DNA of 48,584 nucleotides from Microthyrium microscopicum (Eukaryota): NCBI GenBank assembly GCA_010405405.1, contig MU004233.1, positions 1,687,122 to 1,735,705 of the forward strand, read 5' to 3'. Shown piece by piece: positions 37,250 to 48,584 of this stretch (position 1 is its first letter; each line of letters starts with the position of its first letter). The notes under the pieces were generated by a model. It saw only the letters and a program-made list of their open reading frames with translations, ran no database searches and was not told where the DNA came from. The position numbers and the translations under genes were made by a program.

Positions 37250-40200
37250 ACTAATCTATATTTAGTATATACTCTATAAATTATACTAATAAATAATTAA
37301 GACTATAATCTATTTTTAGATAATAGTATAAATTCTATTATAAATTAACTCTAATTATTATATTACTAACCTCTATATTAATAATTATTAAGAAAGTAGT
37401 AGCTATTTATAAATTAGCCTAGTCCTTTAATTCTAATAGTATATATACTCTAGTAAGTATAAAGTTAAATATTTAAAGTATTTACTAAAGCTAATAAGTA
37501 GTAATATATAGAATAAGAAATTTACTACTAAGATAGTAAGTTATTTTCTAGTTCTAAGTACCTATTAGATAAGTTCTACCTTTAAATAGAGCTAATATCT
37601 TTTAAATAAAGTAGTCCTTACTATTAATTTATAAAATATAAAAAAACTAGCTTAACTAAAAGAGGCCTATAACTAAAAGATTACTAATATAATAAATACC
37701 TAGTTTAGTAATAATAAAAAGCTTAAGGCTATAGATATAAAGCTATATTTAGAGGATTTATAGACTAAATATATATTAAATAATTTATAAAATAATAATA
37801 TAGTAAAGACTACTAAGGAGTAATAGACTTATATTTTATAAAAGAAAGCTACTTACGCTACTAACTATTACTATAGTAAAGAAAGTATATTAATAAAAGA
37901 AAGAGGCGTATAACTATTTTACTCTTAAAATATTACTTTAAAAGATAATAAAATTAATATAGAAGTCTATAAGATAAGATAAGAATAAAGAGGTAGCTAT
38001 AGACTCTTTAATCTAATATTTTAAATATTACTTTAAAACTACTTACTTTATTAGTTAGATTTTATATATTTAAGATATATAAAGAATATCTATTACTTTA
38101 TTTCCTTAACTACTAATAAATATACTTTATTAAATTACTTAATTTCTACCTCTATTTCTTTTTTATTACGTAGTTATCTTTTAGTATTTATAATATTAAA
38201 CCTTTTTTATATCTACTTTTTATTTATTCTCTATAATTTTTACTATGTTCTTTTAAGTATATTAAAGAAAATTTATAAAGTATATACTTACTTTCTTTTA
38301 CTATTCTTATTACTACTCTCTTAATAACCTTTACTTTAATACCTAATAAAGACTATAAAAGTACGTATCTAGTTATAGTTTAAAGAATAAACTCTTAAGC
38401 TAAGTAGACTAATATTACTTATAGCTTATAGTTTAATAAAACTATAAAGTTATTAATACTTTATTATAGTACCTAACTATATTTATAAATTATAATATAA
38501 AAATAAGTATTATATTCTAAATTATAGCCTACTATCTAAGGTTTTATATATTTATATTAAAATATAAGTACTTAATAGTAAGAAAACCTAAATTATATTA
38601 AAAAAGATTAAAATAAAAATAGTTTAAAATTATATTAGTACTAAAGAACCTTAAGCTATCTAAGTAACTCCTTATTATAATGCTAGTTTATTTAGTAGTA
38701 AAAAGTAATCTATTAATTTATTAATTACTAAGCTTATATCTAAACTATATATAATTATAAAGGTCTAATCTATATAGCTCTTACCTCTAGTATATAGTAG
38801 ACGTTCGTAAGCTAGAGTTAGGTTAGTCTATACGCAAAATATTAGACTACTAAAAGTTTATATTTTTAGTAGAGAAATACCTCTATACCTTTATAACTCT
38901 TCTAATACCTACTTAATAAATATACTCTAAAGCTTATATTACTTAAGTTAACGTTCTCTATTAAATATATATAATTTTATATAATATAGTACTCTTATTA
39001 AGTAGATAGATCTAATAGTATAAAGTTAGGACTTAGTAAAAATTCTATTATTAAAATACTACGTTAAGGAGATTTAGTAAGGTAACTTACTAATAGAATA
39101 TAACCTCTTCTTTAACTATTAGTAATAATACCTACTAAACTAATACCTAATAGTATAATACTACTTTGTCCTATAGCTTTATATATTATTTACTTATACT
39201 TACTTTATCTAAAGTTAACTCTTTATTTAATTCTAGTAGTCTTAGTAACTTACTTTAAAAGGCTCTTTAAAAACTATAACCTAGCTTTTTTAATATTCCT
39301 CTTAGGCTATAGTTTTTAAGAAGCCTATAGTAATATCTAGATTACTAATATATTATGCTATACTACGCTATACTATAATTAAGCTAAAAGTTAATAGTCT
39401 TAAATAAATATATTTACTCTATATATTATAGTTACTAACTATTATAATATAAGACTACTAAATAACTAGGTTATAGACTTTAGATAATCCTTTAGTATCT
39501 TATTATAAAACTAGAATATAGTAATAATAGGTACTACCCTAATCTATTATAGTAAATATTAAATAATTTATATATACTAAAGAAAATAGTATAAATAACA
39601 ATTAAGATACAAAAGATAAAGAAAGAAGTACGTTATTATAAAGTTTACTAGTCCTCCTAACTCTAGCTAAACCCTTACCTAACCTTAAACTAAAATATTA
39701 TTAACTCTACTCTTTAATACTACTACTTTTTTCTATCTAATAATTATAGAAATACTATTCTCTTATATTCCTTAATAATAAACTCTATATAAAAGGAAAC
39801 TACCTATTCTACTATTAATTATATTAGTTAAAGACTTATAATAATAATATACTACTTATAAAATATAGTAAAACTATAATAAATATATATATAACTAGTA
39901 CTTTAATAAATTAGCTCTTAGAGAGATAAGTAAGTTTCTAAAAGGACTATAAGATATATTAAAGTAGATATACTTAATAGAGCTTAATATTAATACTAAT
40001 CTTATTATACTAACTAACTAAAGTAGTCTAGAATATATTCTAAAAAAACTTAAAGAGTTATTAAGTAATAAGCTCTTCTATCTTACTAATAATACTACTC
40101 TATATATACTTTATATCTTTCTACTACGTAAATCTTCTTTAGGTCTACTATACTTTTAGTATTAATACTACTTAAATATAAAAGCCTAGACTTATAAAGC

Positions 40201-40520
40201 GTTAAGGCGTATTAAGATATAAAAGTATAATAATAAGAATAAATTTACTAGTTTATATAAGATTAGTAAGTATATTAAAGTAGTTCCTATTACTTAGTAT
40301 AAAATTACTTTATATTATTCTTATATAATAACTATCTAGTAAATTATATTAGCTATAAAATTTAATATACTCTTACTATTTACTTACTATATAACTTTAG
40401 TACTATATTTTACTAGATATTAATAACTTTTATAGTATATCTTTATTCTAAGACTTATATTATCTTTTTAACGTTAATAAAGTTATATACGCTAATTATA
40501 AAGGAATTTAGCTATTTAAT
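37250..40520. mobile_element. Heavily RIP-degraded repeat/TE relic, class unresolved
   Basis: Extreme AT content with RIP dinucleotide signature; no diagnostic motif readable. Confidence 0.3.
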
Positions 40521-40584
40521 TTTAATATATCCTAATATCTACCTATAACTACTAAGGTTACCTTTACCTAAAAGTACTATAAAA

Positions 40585-40905
40585 GTATATAAAATAACCT
40601 TTATCTTTACTAATATAAGGCTAAAAAAGAAATAATAATATATTTATACTTAGCTTATTAAGCTACTTATTTTTTATATCTTTTTACTATAGTAAAAAAA
40701 TATCCTCTATAAGAATTAACTTAATAACTTTACTACTACTAAAGTTACTAAAATATATAAAATTACCTCTATCTTTACTAATATAAAGCTAAAAAAAAAA
40801 TAAATAATATATTTATACTTAGCTTATTAAGCTACTTATTTTCTATATCTTTCTATAATAGTAAAAAAAATATTCTTTATAAGAATTAAATAAATAACTT
40901 TATTA
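40585..40905. repeat. Tandem duplication, ~168-bp unit x2
   Basis: ATCTTTACTAATATAA..CTTAGCTTATTAAGCTACTTATT at ~40603 and ~40771. Confidence 0.85.
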
Positions 40906-41327
40906 TATATAAGATTTAAATTTATAATCTTAACTTTATATAATAGTAGAGTTATATACTACTATTATACTAGTATAGTAAAATTTTAAACTAAACTATA
41001 GTACTAAAGTTAAAATAAATTTAGAATTAGGATTTATAGTTTTTAAATATATACTACGATATACTACTACTACTAATATTTAGCTACTATTTACCTTAAT
41101 TCTAGCTTTACTTAAACTCTCTTACTTAAAATTTACTTAGTAAAAATACGTTAAAATTAAAATAAATCTAAGAAAATTTCCTAAAAAAATTCCTAGTTAT
41201 TTACTTTAACTTCTAATACTAATATTTAGTATCTACTTTTAATACTAAAATCTAATATATACTCTTAGTACCTAGCTCCTATTAGCTTTAACTACTAGTA
41301 TATATATTTAATATTTACTTCTTAATC

Positions 41328-41408
41328 TAGTTTCTAGCTCCTAGCTCTTAGTTTCTAGCTCCTAGCTCTTAGCTTTTAGCTTCTAGCTTTTAGCTCTTAG
41401 CTCTTAGT
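41328..41408. repeat. 7-bp tandem repeat (YTAGCTY)n, ~11 copies
   Basis: CTAGTTT CTAGCTC CTAGCTC TTAGTTT CTAGCTC ... run. Confidence 0.85.
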
Positions 41409-43283
41409 ACTTTAACTTCTATATATATTAACTTTTATTTATCTTAATTCTTATCTATTTTAACTCTTAATATTAATACGTACTTAAGTACTTTTCTTTT
41501 TAGTATTATAGCTAGTTACTAAATTAAATTTAGTAGTACGTCTTAGTAATAAAGCTTAATATTAGTTAAAGTATTTTATTTTTAAAAGTATAAGAACTAT
41601 ACTTTATTTTAATATTATTCTTTATTATTTCTAGATTAATTAATCTTATTTAAAGACTATTTTCTATATTTAAGAATAAATAAAAGATAATATATTTAGT
41701 AAATATTTCCTAATAATATATTAATCTTATTATAAGACTTAGATAAAGAGCTTAGAAGTATATTTATAAATAAATTAGCTTAAGTAAATAATATTTTTTA
41801 TATTAATTTCTATAAAGTTCTACTATTATTTTAAATATAAAAATACTTACTAGTATCTACGTATCTATCTATATTTATTTTAACTTCTAATACTAATATT
41901 TAATATTTTTTTCTAGTTTCTAGCTTTTATATTTATATATAAAATTAATTATTATTCTTAAAATAGTACTAGTTTATTATACTACTTATAAAAGTAATTA
42001 TAGTATTACCTATATATTAACTAAGCTTAATATATATATTATTTATATTTATAGCTTTCTTCTTTACTTCTTTTATTCTATACTTTTTTCTTTTTTCTTT
42101 ACTCTACTATTTCTATTCTTTTCTCTTCTACTCTTTACTCTCTATAATAGTTTATATTATAGTAATATATAAAATAAGTAAATAAGTAAGTTAATTTTAT
42201 ATAGAAAGTTCTACTATATATACTAACTTATAAACTTTATTTTAGCTATATTACTATATTAAGTACTTAGTAAGACTTTATAGTTAAGGCCTTTAATATT
42301 ATTAATTAGGAAGTAAGTATATAAAGTACTATAGTATATATACTAATAGTAAGATTTAATAATAGTATCTTCTATTTATATCTAGCTATTAATACTTATA
42401 ATATAGCTATCTAATTATATCTTTATAGTAAAACCTAATATAAACGTAGCCCTATTTAGTTATAGTAGCTATATAATTAAAGTTATTACTAATATTCTTA
42501 ACAATTAGCCTAATCTTACTATAGACTATAATAGTATTAATTATAAAGTTAGCTATAATAAATACTATTTACGTAGTACTAAAAAATACTTTTATATTTA
42601 TTTTTACGTAAGTAGTTTATAGAAACCTAATATTTAATAAGCTATTACTAAATATAATACGTAGACTATTAGCTAGAAATAGTTAAGTAGCTAGCTATAG
42701 TTTCTAACTACTATTATTAAATATTAGATAGGCGTAGGAGATTTAATATAGCCTGTATACTTGCTAAGAGGAGGGCATCTAAGATTTAAAAAGTATTAGG
42801 TAAATATCTTATGCAATAAATAATATTTAAATTAAGATACAAGTAAGCCAAAAGATACAGAATCGCAAAATAAGATAAACTATTAATTTAGAATAGATAG
42901 AATTTAATAGAAGTAGGTACAAAAGTCCTAAGTAAGATAAGTAAATCTAATGTTTAATAGGGTAAACATGTAGGAATTTATAAATCGGCTTAACTTGCTA
43001 CTACAGCTTACGATATAAATATTACAAGTATAACTAAATAATCAACATCTAGATTAGATTAGTATTTAATCTAATAGTAAGCCTAAAGGGGCACGCCGCT
43101 CTTAATAATATTACCTACTACGTCTAACGGTACATTACTACTAACCCGTGCTACTTTAAGAACTTCTAAACTTCTAAACTTCTATTTTGGTAGTAGAAAT
43201 TATCTTCGTTTGCAACAGGGTCACTAATATTTAGTAAGGTAGCGCCTTTATATAATACTATAGCTTGCTTAGAAGGGTCTAGC

Positions 43284-43972
43284 GGGCTGCACATAGGTTT
43301 TAGTATAGTTACAAGGTTGTATTTTAGGCAAAGATATTAGTTCGTAAGGAAGCTCGCTAAATTTAGCAAGGAAATATTCTTTATAAGGACTACTTACTTA
43401 CAATATCTCTCCTAAGGCGGGCTGTACGTAGATTTTAGTATAGTTATAGGCATGTATTATAGGTAAAGAAAGATATTAATTCGCAAGGAAGCTCACTAAA
43501 TTTAGTGCGGGAATATTCTTTAGGAGGACTACACTTGCAATATCTTCCCTTAGGTAGGCTGCACGCAGATTTTAGTATAGTTACAGGGATGTATTGTAGG
43601 TAAAGATATTAATTCGTAGAGAAGCTTACTAGATTTAGTAAGGAAATATTCTCCGAGCTATACGTAGATTTTAGTATAGTTATAGGGATATATTGTAGGT
43701 AAAGATATTAGTTCGTAGGGAAGCTCACTAAGTAAGGGAATATTCTTTAAGCTATACGTAGATTTTTATAGTTATAGGGACGTATTATAGGTAAAAGATA
43801 TTAGTTCGCAGGGAAGCTCACTAAGTAAGGGAATATTCTTTAAGCTACACGCAGATTTTAGTATAGTTATAGGGATGTGTTATAGGCAAAGATATTAGTT
43901 CGCAAGGAAGCTTACTAAATTTAGTAAGGGAATATTCTTTAGGAAGACTATACTTACAATATCTCTCCTAAA
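43284..43972. repeat. Tandem array of six 93-137-bp units with an internal palindrome
   Basis: Unit starts at 43284, 43419, 43556, 43655, 43749 and 43842. Core AGATTTTAGTATAGTTA..AAAGATATTAGTTCG..GAAGCT; CACTAAATTTAGTG palindrome. Confidence 0.9.
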
Positions 43973-45413
43973 ACAGCTTCAATAAATAAAATAATACTAC
44001 GCAAGGGTTTCAATTAGGGTAAACACTATAGGGCTCCTTCCTTAAAAGGATAAAAGCATAGTTAGGAATTTGCGACCGTAGTGAAGTTTAGTAAAGCTTA
44101 GTAGTAGTAGTTCCTTACTAAATTACCTTATAGGTAAGCCTTAGCTGCAATGTCCCTTTAGTAGTATTGTCCCTTTCGTATATGTTATCCCTTTAAGTTA
44201 GGCGTTATATCTTAGTAGCGAGAAGGGCGCAATTCCTTACTAAATAATATTATTCTAGTACGTTGTCCTTTTTGCTTACAACTACCTTACTAACTTCTAG
44301 TAAGTCTAAGTTACTAAAGACTTCTATCCCTTTAGTAGCAACGTCTTCCAACACTCTTCTACTACTAATTTATATTCCTAAAAGTAATATTTAGCTTTCA
44401 ATATAATTACGCAAGCTTTAAGACGTTAACATAGAGTATTTTAAACTTCTCTATATATATTGCATAAGGTAAAGTTACGTTTTAGCAGGCCTACATTCCT
44501 TAGCTTGCGTACTAAACTATTATATATGCTATTTAGCTTACTAATTAGTAGAACTACTAACGCTAAATACGCAAGTATTCCTTATAGATACTAATTATCT
44601 TATAAAATGTATCTATACTTAAATATCTAAGGGGCTAGCCCGCCATTATAGAACACTATACTATAAAGAATATAAAAAAAGTAAGAAAATAACGTAAGAT
44701 TAGCGTCAAAATAGTTGGCGCTACTATATAATAATCTCGTAGGGCTAAATTATATATAAGTTTGTCTTCCCTTATTAAATTAAGCATAACTAACATAATT
44801 AGGCAATAGAATTATAGTAGAGAAGATTTAGTAAAGTAAGATTTTTTAGTATTAAGGGAGAGTAGGACTATAACTCTAATCTAGCCGTTATATCTAAGCA
44901 GCGCTAAGCTAGTTTGTATAGTAAGTAGTACGTACACCCAAGTCTTCCTAAGCTGCTCCACGGCTATGTCAAGAGCTAGGTAAGTAGGGAAACAATGCTT
45001 TTTTGGCTCTTTCATAGAAGAAGGAAAAATTAATTGGCTGATTTAGCTAAATAATTATTATTTCACGTGACCTAAAATCGCATAGAATTTACAGTAATTA
45101 TTTAAGCTTGCACTACATAGTAGTTTTATACCCGCGTAGTCTTGCTACACTAAATCTCAACAATCTAGTAGTAAGTATTACTTTGGGAACAACGTTCTGC
45201 TACTACAGAGTAAGTCTTCTTAGTCAAAAGGCTCTCTCTGTTTCTTAATCCTATATTCTCTAGTGTAGTATACTTCTACGGCCATCTAATTTAAATATGA
45301 AGCCTACTATGCCGTTCCTCCCTTAGGACTACTTAAGAGAATACGTATAGTAAAATACCTTACGGTAAAATACTTAGTATTTTCCTCACAGCGCGCGCTC
45401 TACGGACAACCTA

Positions 45414-45618
45414 TTAGAATACGTCAAAGTATCTACCCTTCAATAGGGAGATGCCTTATACAAGGGATTAAGATATTATTTATCAGAATACGTTAAGGTA
45501 TCTACCCTTTACAGAGAGATGCCTTACATAAGGGATTAAGATATTATTTATTAGAATACGTTAAGGTATCTACCCTTTACAAGGAGATGCCTTATACGAG
45601 GGATTAAGATATTATTTT
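45414..45618. repeat. Tandem repeat, ~68-bp unit x3
   Basis: AGAATACGT..GTATCTACCCTT..GAGATGCCTTA..GGGATTAAGATATTATTT at 45416, 45485 and 45553. Confidence 0.9.
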
Positions 45619-47204
45619 ACTTATTGCATATATTCATTTTAGTAAAACAAAAAGAACAACTTATAGTTACTTTTCAAAGTACTATTTAATAATCACTTAG
45701 CTTTAAGGCAGCCAAAACTAGTAGAGATTACTAGTCTAACCCATCTCTATAACCTAGTCTAGTTTTCTAGATATACAAGTATTAACTAGCTAGGATAGCT
45801 ACAAAGCTTTTCTATTGCTAAGTAGTATTATTTAATACTACGTATTACTTAGGCAAGCAGAGCTTTCTATAATAAAGCTTATTAAGTAGTATATTTATAC
45901 TAATACTTAGTAAAATTACTACGAAAGCATCTTAGTAGATCTTAATTAATATTAGGACCCTTTCAGAGCAATAATATTATAATAATCTTTATAAATATTT
46001 ATGCTTTAGCATTTATTATTAGAGATGTCTTATTGTACTTTATTAGTTACTCTTCTCTAATACGCTTTCTAGAGAAGATCAAAATAGCAAGGTATTTTTT
46101 ATATTAATTTTTTTCTTTTAAAAAAAAGTCTTAACGTCTTTAACGTTAACACGTTCTATATTAATACATTACATCACGCTAAGTTAATCCGTAGCAATAT
46201 AGATAGTTTTTAACTATTAATTAATTAGTATTTTAGTTATGCTAAATACTATAACTACTTACCGCCTAGAGACACTATATATAGGATATAAATAATATTA
46301 CTACCCTTTGTTAGTTATGGCCTACTATAGACTGCTATCTATAATAGGCTCATTAATAACGACTAATTACCTCCTTATTTAGAGATTTTATCTTATAGAT
46401 AGGCTTACTAGTTATAATAGAGTAATTCTAATATACCTTTTAAGTCTAATCTTGTTCTTCCTTTACCTATTTTTCTAACAATACTCTCTCAAGGCCATAG
46501 TTCTATATAACTTATTATACTTACGTAGTAGTTGTACTCTAGGCTAGGGTGTAGCGATTAGGTTATTCTATATATTAGAGGAGCTTACGTTTTATAACAT
46601 AGAGGAAAGTTAGTTAAAAACTAGCATATTATTTAAATACTGTCTAAACTAAATACTAGCAAGTTAGTAATTAGGAGGAAGGTTACCTAAAAACTAAAGC
46701 TAACTACCGTAATTTTCTACTATAATCTTTAATTAAACTAGGCTACATAAAGACTTTCTAATATTATTATAGCCTTGTTGTTATTATATATAGAGATAAT
46801 TCTACGTAACACCTTATATCCTTAGGAAGCATAAGCACTATATTAGGAATAATATAAATAGTACAAGTAGGTTATAGGATCATTAACCTATATAAACTAC
46901 AGGCTCTTAATTTCACTAAGAGTGTTCTTATCTACAAAAAGTAATCCTACCTTAATCTAGTATTAATAGGTATGTCTAATACGTTGGCCCTAACGCATAA
47001 TAGAGGTCGCACTCTTTACTTTAGTATAAAGTATACATCTTTTCTAGGAAGGTTAAGTTTATTAGGTAAGGACTCTAGGTAGCCTTATTAAAGTAATTTA
47101 ACTATATTGTTTATTAGCTAGTAGTCGTACTTTAGATGTACCTAACTTTTCCTTAGACAGAAATCTTAGTACATATTATCTATTACTATTAACTTATATT
47201 ATAG

Positions 47205-48550
47205 AGTCCATAACAATTAATATTATATGTAAAACGCACAGACTAACTAAATTAACTAAGTCTATAATATTTTAATAAATTGTTTTAGTAACTTACTTAA
47301 CTCTATAACAATTAATATTAGATATAGAACGCACAGACCAACTAGGACTATAACATTTTAAGAAATTGTTCTAGTAAATTACTAAATTCTATAACATTTA
47401 ATACTACACGTATAACGCACAGACTAACTAAGTCTATAACATTTTAATAAAAGTTTTAGTAAGTTATACTTTATAACAATTAATATTAGATATAAAACGC
47501 ACAGACTAACTAAAACTATAACATTTTAATAAATTATTCTAGTAAATTACTAAATTCTATAACATTTAATACTATACGTATAACGCACAGACTAACTAAG
47601 TCTATAACATTTTAATAAAAGTTTTAGTAAATTATACTTTATAACAATTAATATTATATATAAAACGCATAGACTAACTAGAACTATAACATTTTAAAAA
47701 ATTATTCTAGTAAATTACTAAATTCTATAATATTTAATACTATACGTATAACGCATAAACTAACTAAGTCTATAAAATCTTAATAAATTATTTTAGTAAC
47801 TTACCTAACTCTATAATAATTAATATTAGATATAAAACGCACAGACCAACTAGAACTATAACATTTTAATAAATTGTTCTAGTAAATTACTAAATTCTAT
47901 AATATTTAATACTCTACGTATAACGTACAGACTAACTAGGTCTATAACATTTTAATAAAAGTTTTAGTAAATTATACTCTATAATAATTAATATTATATA
48001 TAAAACGCACAGACTAACTAAATAAACTAGGTTTATAACATTTTAATAAATTATTCTAGTAAGTTACTAAATTCTATAATATTTAATACTATAAGTATAA
48101 CGTACAAACTAACTAGGTCTATAATATTTTAATAAATTATTCTAGTAAATTACTAAATTTTATAATATTTAATACTATAAGTATAACGCATAGACCAACT
48201 AGGTCTATAACGTTTTAATAACTTGTTTTAATATAATATTTAATACTATAAGTATAACGCACAAACTAACTAAGTCTATAATATTTTAATTAAAGTTTTA
48301 GTAAATTACTAAATTCTATAATATTTAATACTATAAATATAACGCATAGACTAACTAGGTCTATAATATTTTAATAAATTATTCTAGTAAATTACTAAAT
48401 TCTATAACATTTAATACTATACGTATAACGTATAGACCAACTAAGTCTATAACATTTTAATAAAAGTTCTAGTAAATTATACTTTACAATAATTAATATT
48501 ATAAGTATAACGTTTAGATTAACTAAATTAATACATTTATAATATTTTAA
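47205..48550. repeat. Satellite array, 16 units of mostly 82-86 bp, largely alternating A/B variants (~168-bp dimer)
   Basis: AACG(C/T)A(C/T)A(G/A)ACTAACTA-like anchors at 47235, 47330, 47416, 47498, 47584, 47666, 47752, 47838, 47924, 48006, 48101, 48187, 48258, 48343, 48429 and 48511. Confidence 0.92.
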
Positions 48551-48584
48551 TCTAGTACGTATAATATTTAGAAAAGGTAGTAGC

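Larger units (their letters stand above)
8925..48584. other. AT-rich, RIP-mutated heterochromatin-like block (AT isochore)
   Basis: Abrupt composition change near 8925; strong TpA excess and CpA/TpG depletion with CpG partly retained; TAA/TAG-riddled TE relics; no ORF >100 aa in ~40 kb. Confidence 0.95.

Noticed and set aside
43284..48550. Regularly spaced repeats resembling CRISPR arrays
   Set aside because: Eukaryotic context, whole units are repeated with no unique spacers, and no cas genes.
8925..48584. Mitochondrial insertion or AT-rich contaminant
   Set aside because: No mitochondrial genes or RNAs seen; TpA-biased decay of nuclear gypsy elements explains the composition.

Overview
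Filamentous-ascomycete genomic DNA (spliceosomal GT..CTRAC..AG introns, RIP signature) in two sharply separated compartments. Bases 1-~8925 are GC-balanced and gene-bearing. They hold a frameshift-interrupted hypothetical gene, a 5'-truncated cytochrome P450, a small 2-TM orphan, a 4-exon small secreted 6-Cys protein absent from the ORF track (resembles KP6-fold effectors such as SIX5/AvrLm6/BAS4), a Hep_59/C9orf78(Tls1)-like gene and a 5-exon hexokinase. Bases ~8925-48584 are an AT-rich, RIP-mutated (TpA-rich, CpA/TpG-poor) block with no intact gene. It contains two full-length, RIP-inactivated Ty3/Gypsy chromoviruses (12099-19873 and 29523-37105, both minus strand, both with LTR pairs, 5-bp TSDs and a Tf1-like self-priming PBS), nested in older modular repeats. 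It also holds several distinct minisatellites, two less-mutated islands and a ~1.3-kb satellite with a ~168-bp dimeric unit at the right end. All family assignments are by eye from motifs; no searches were run.
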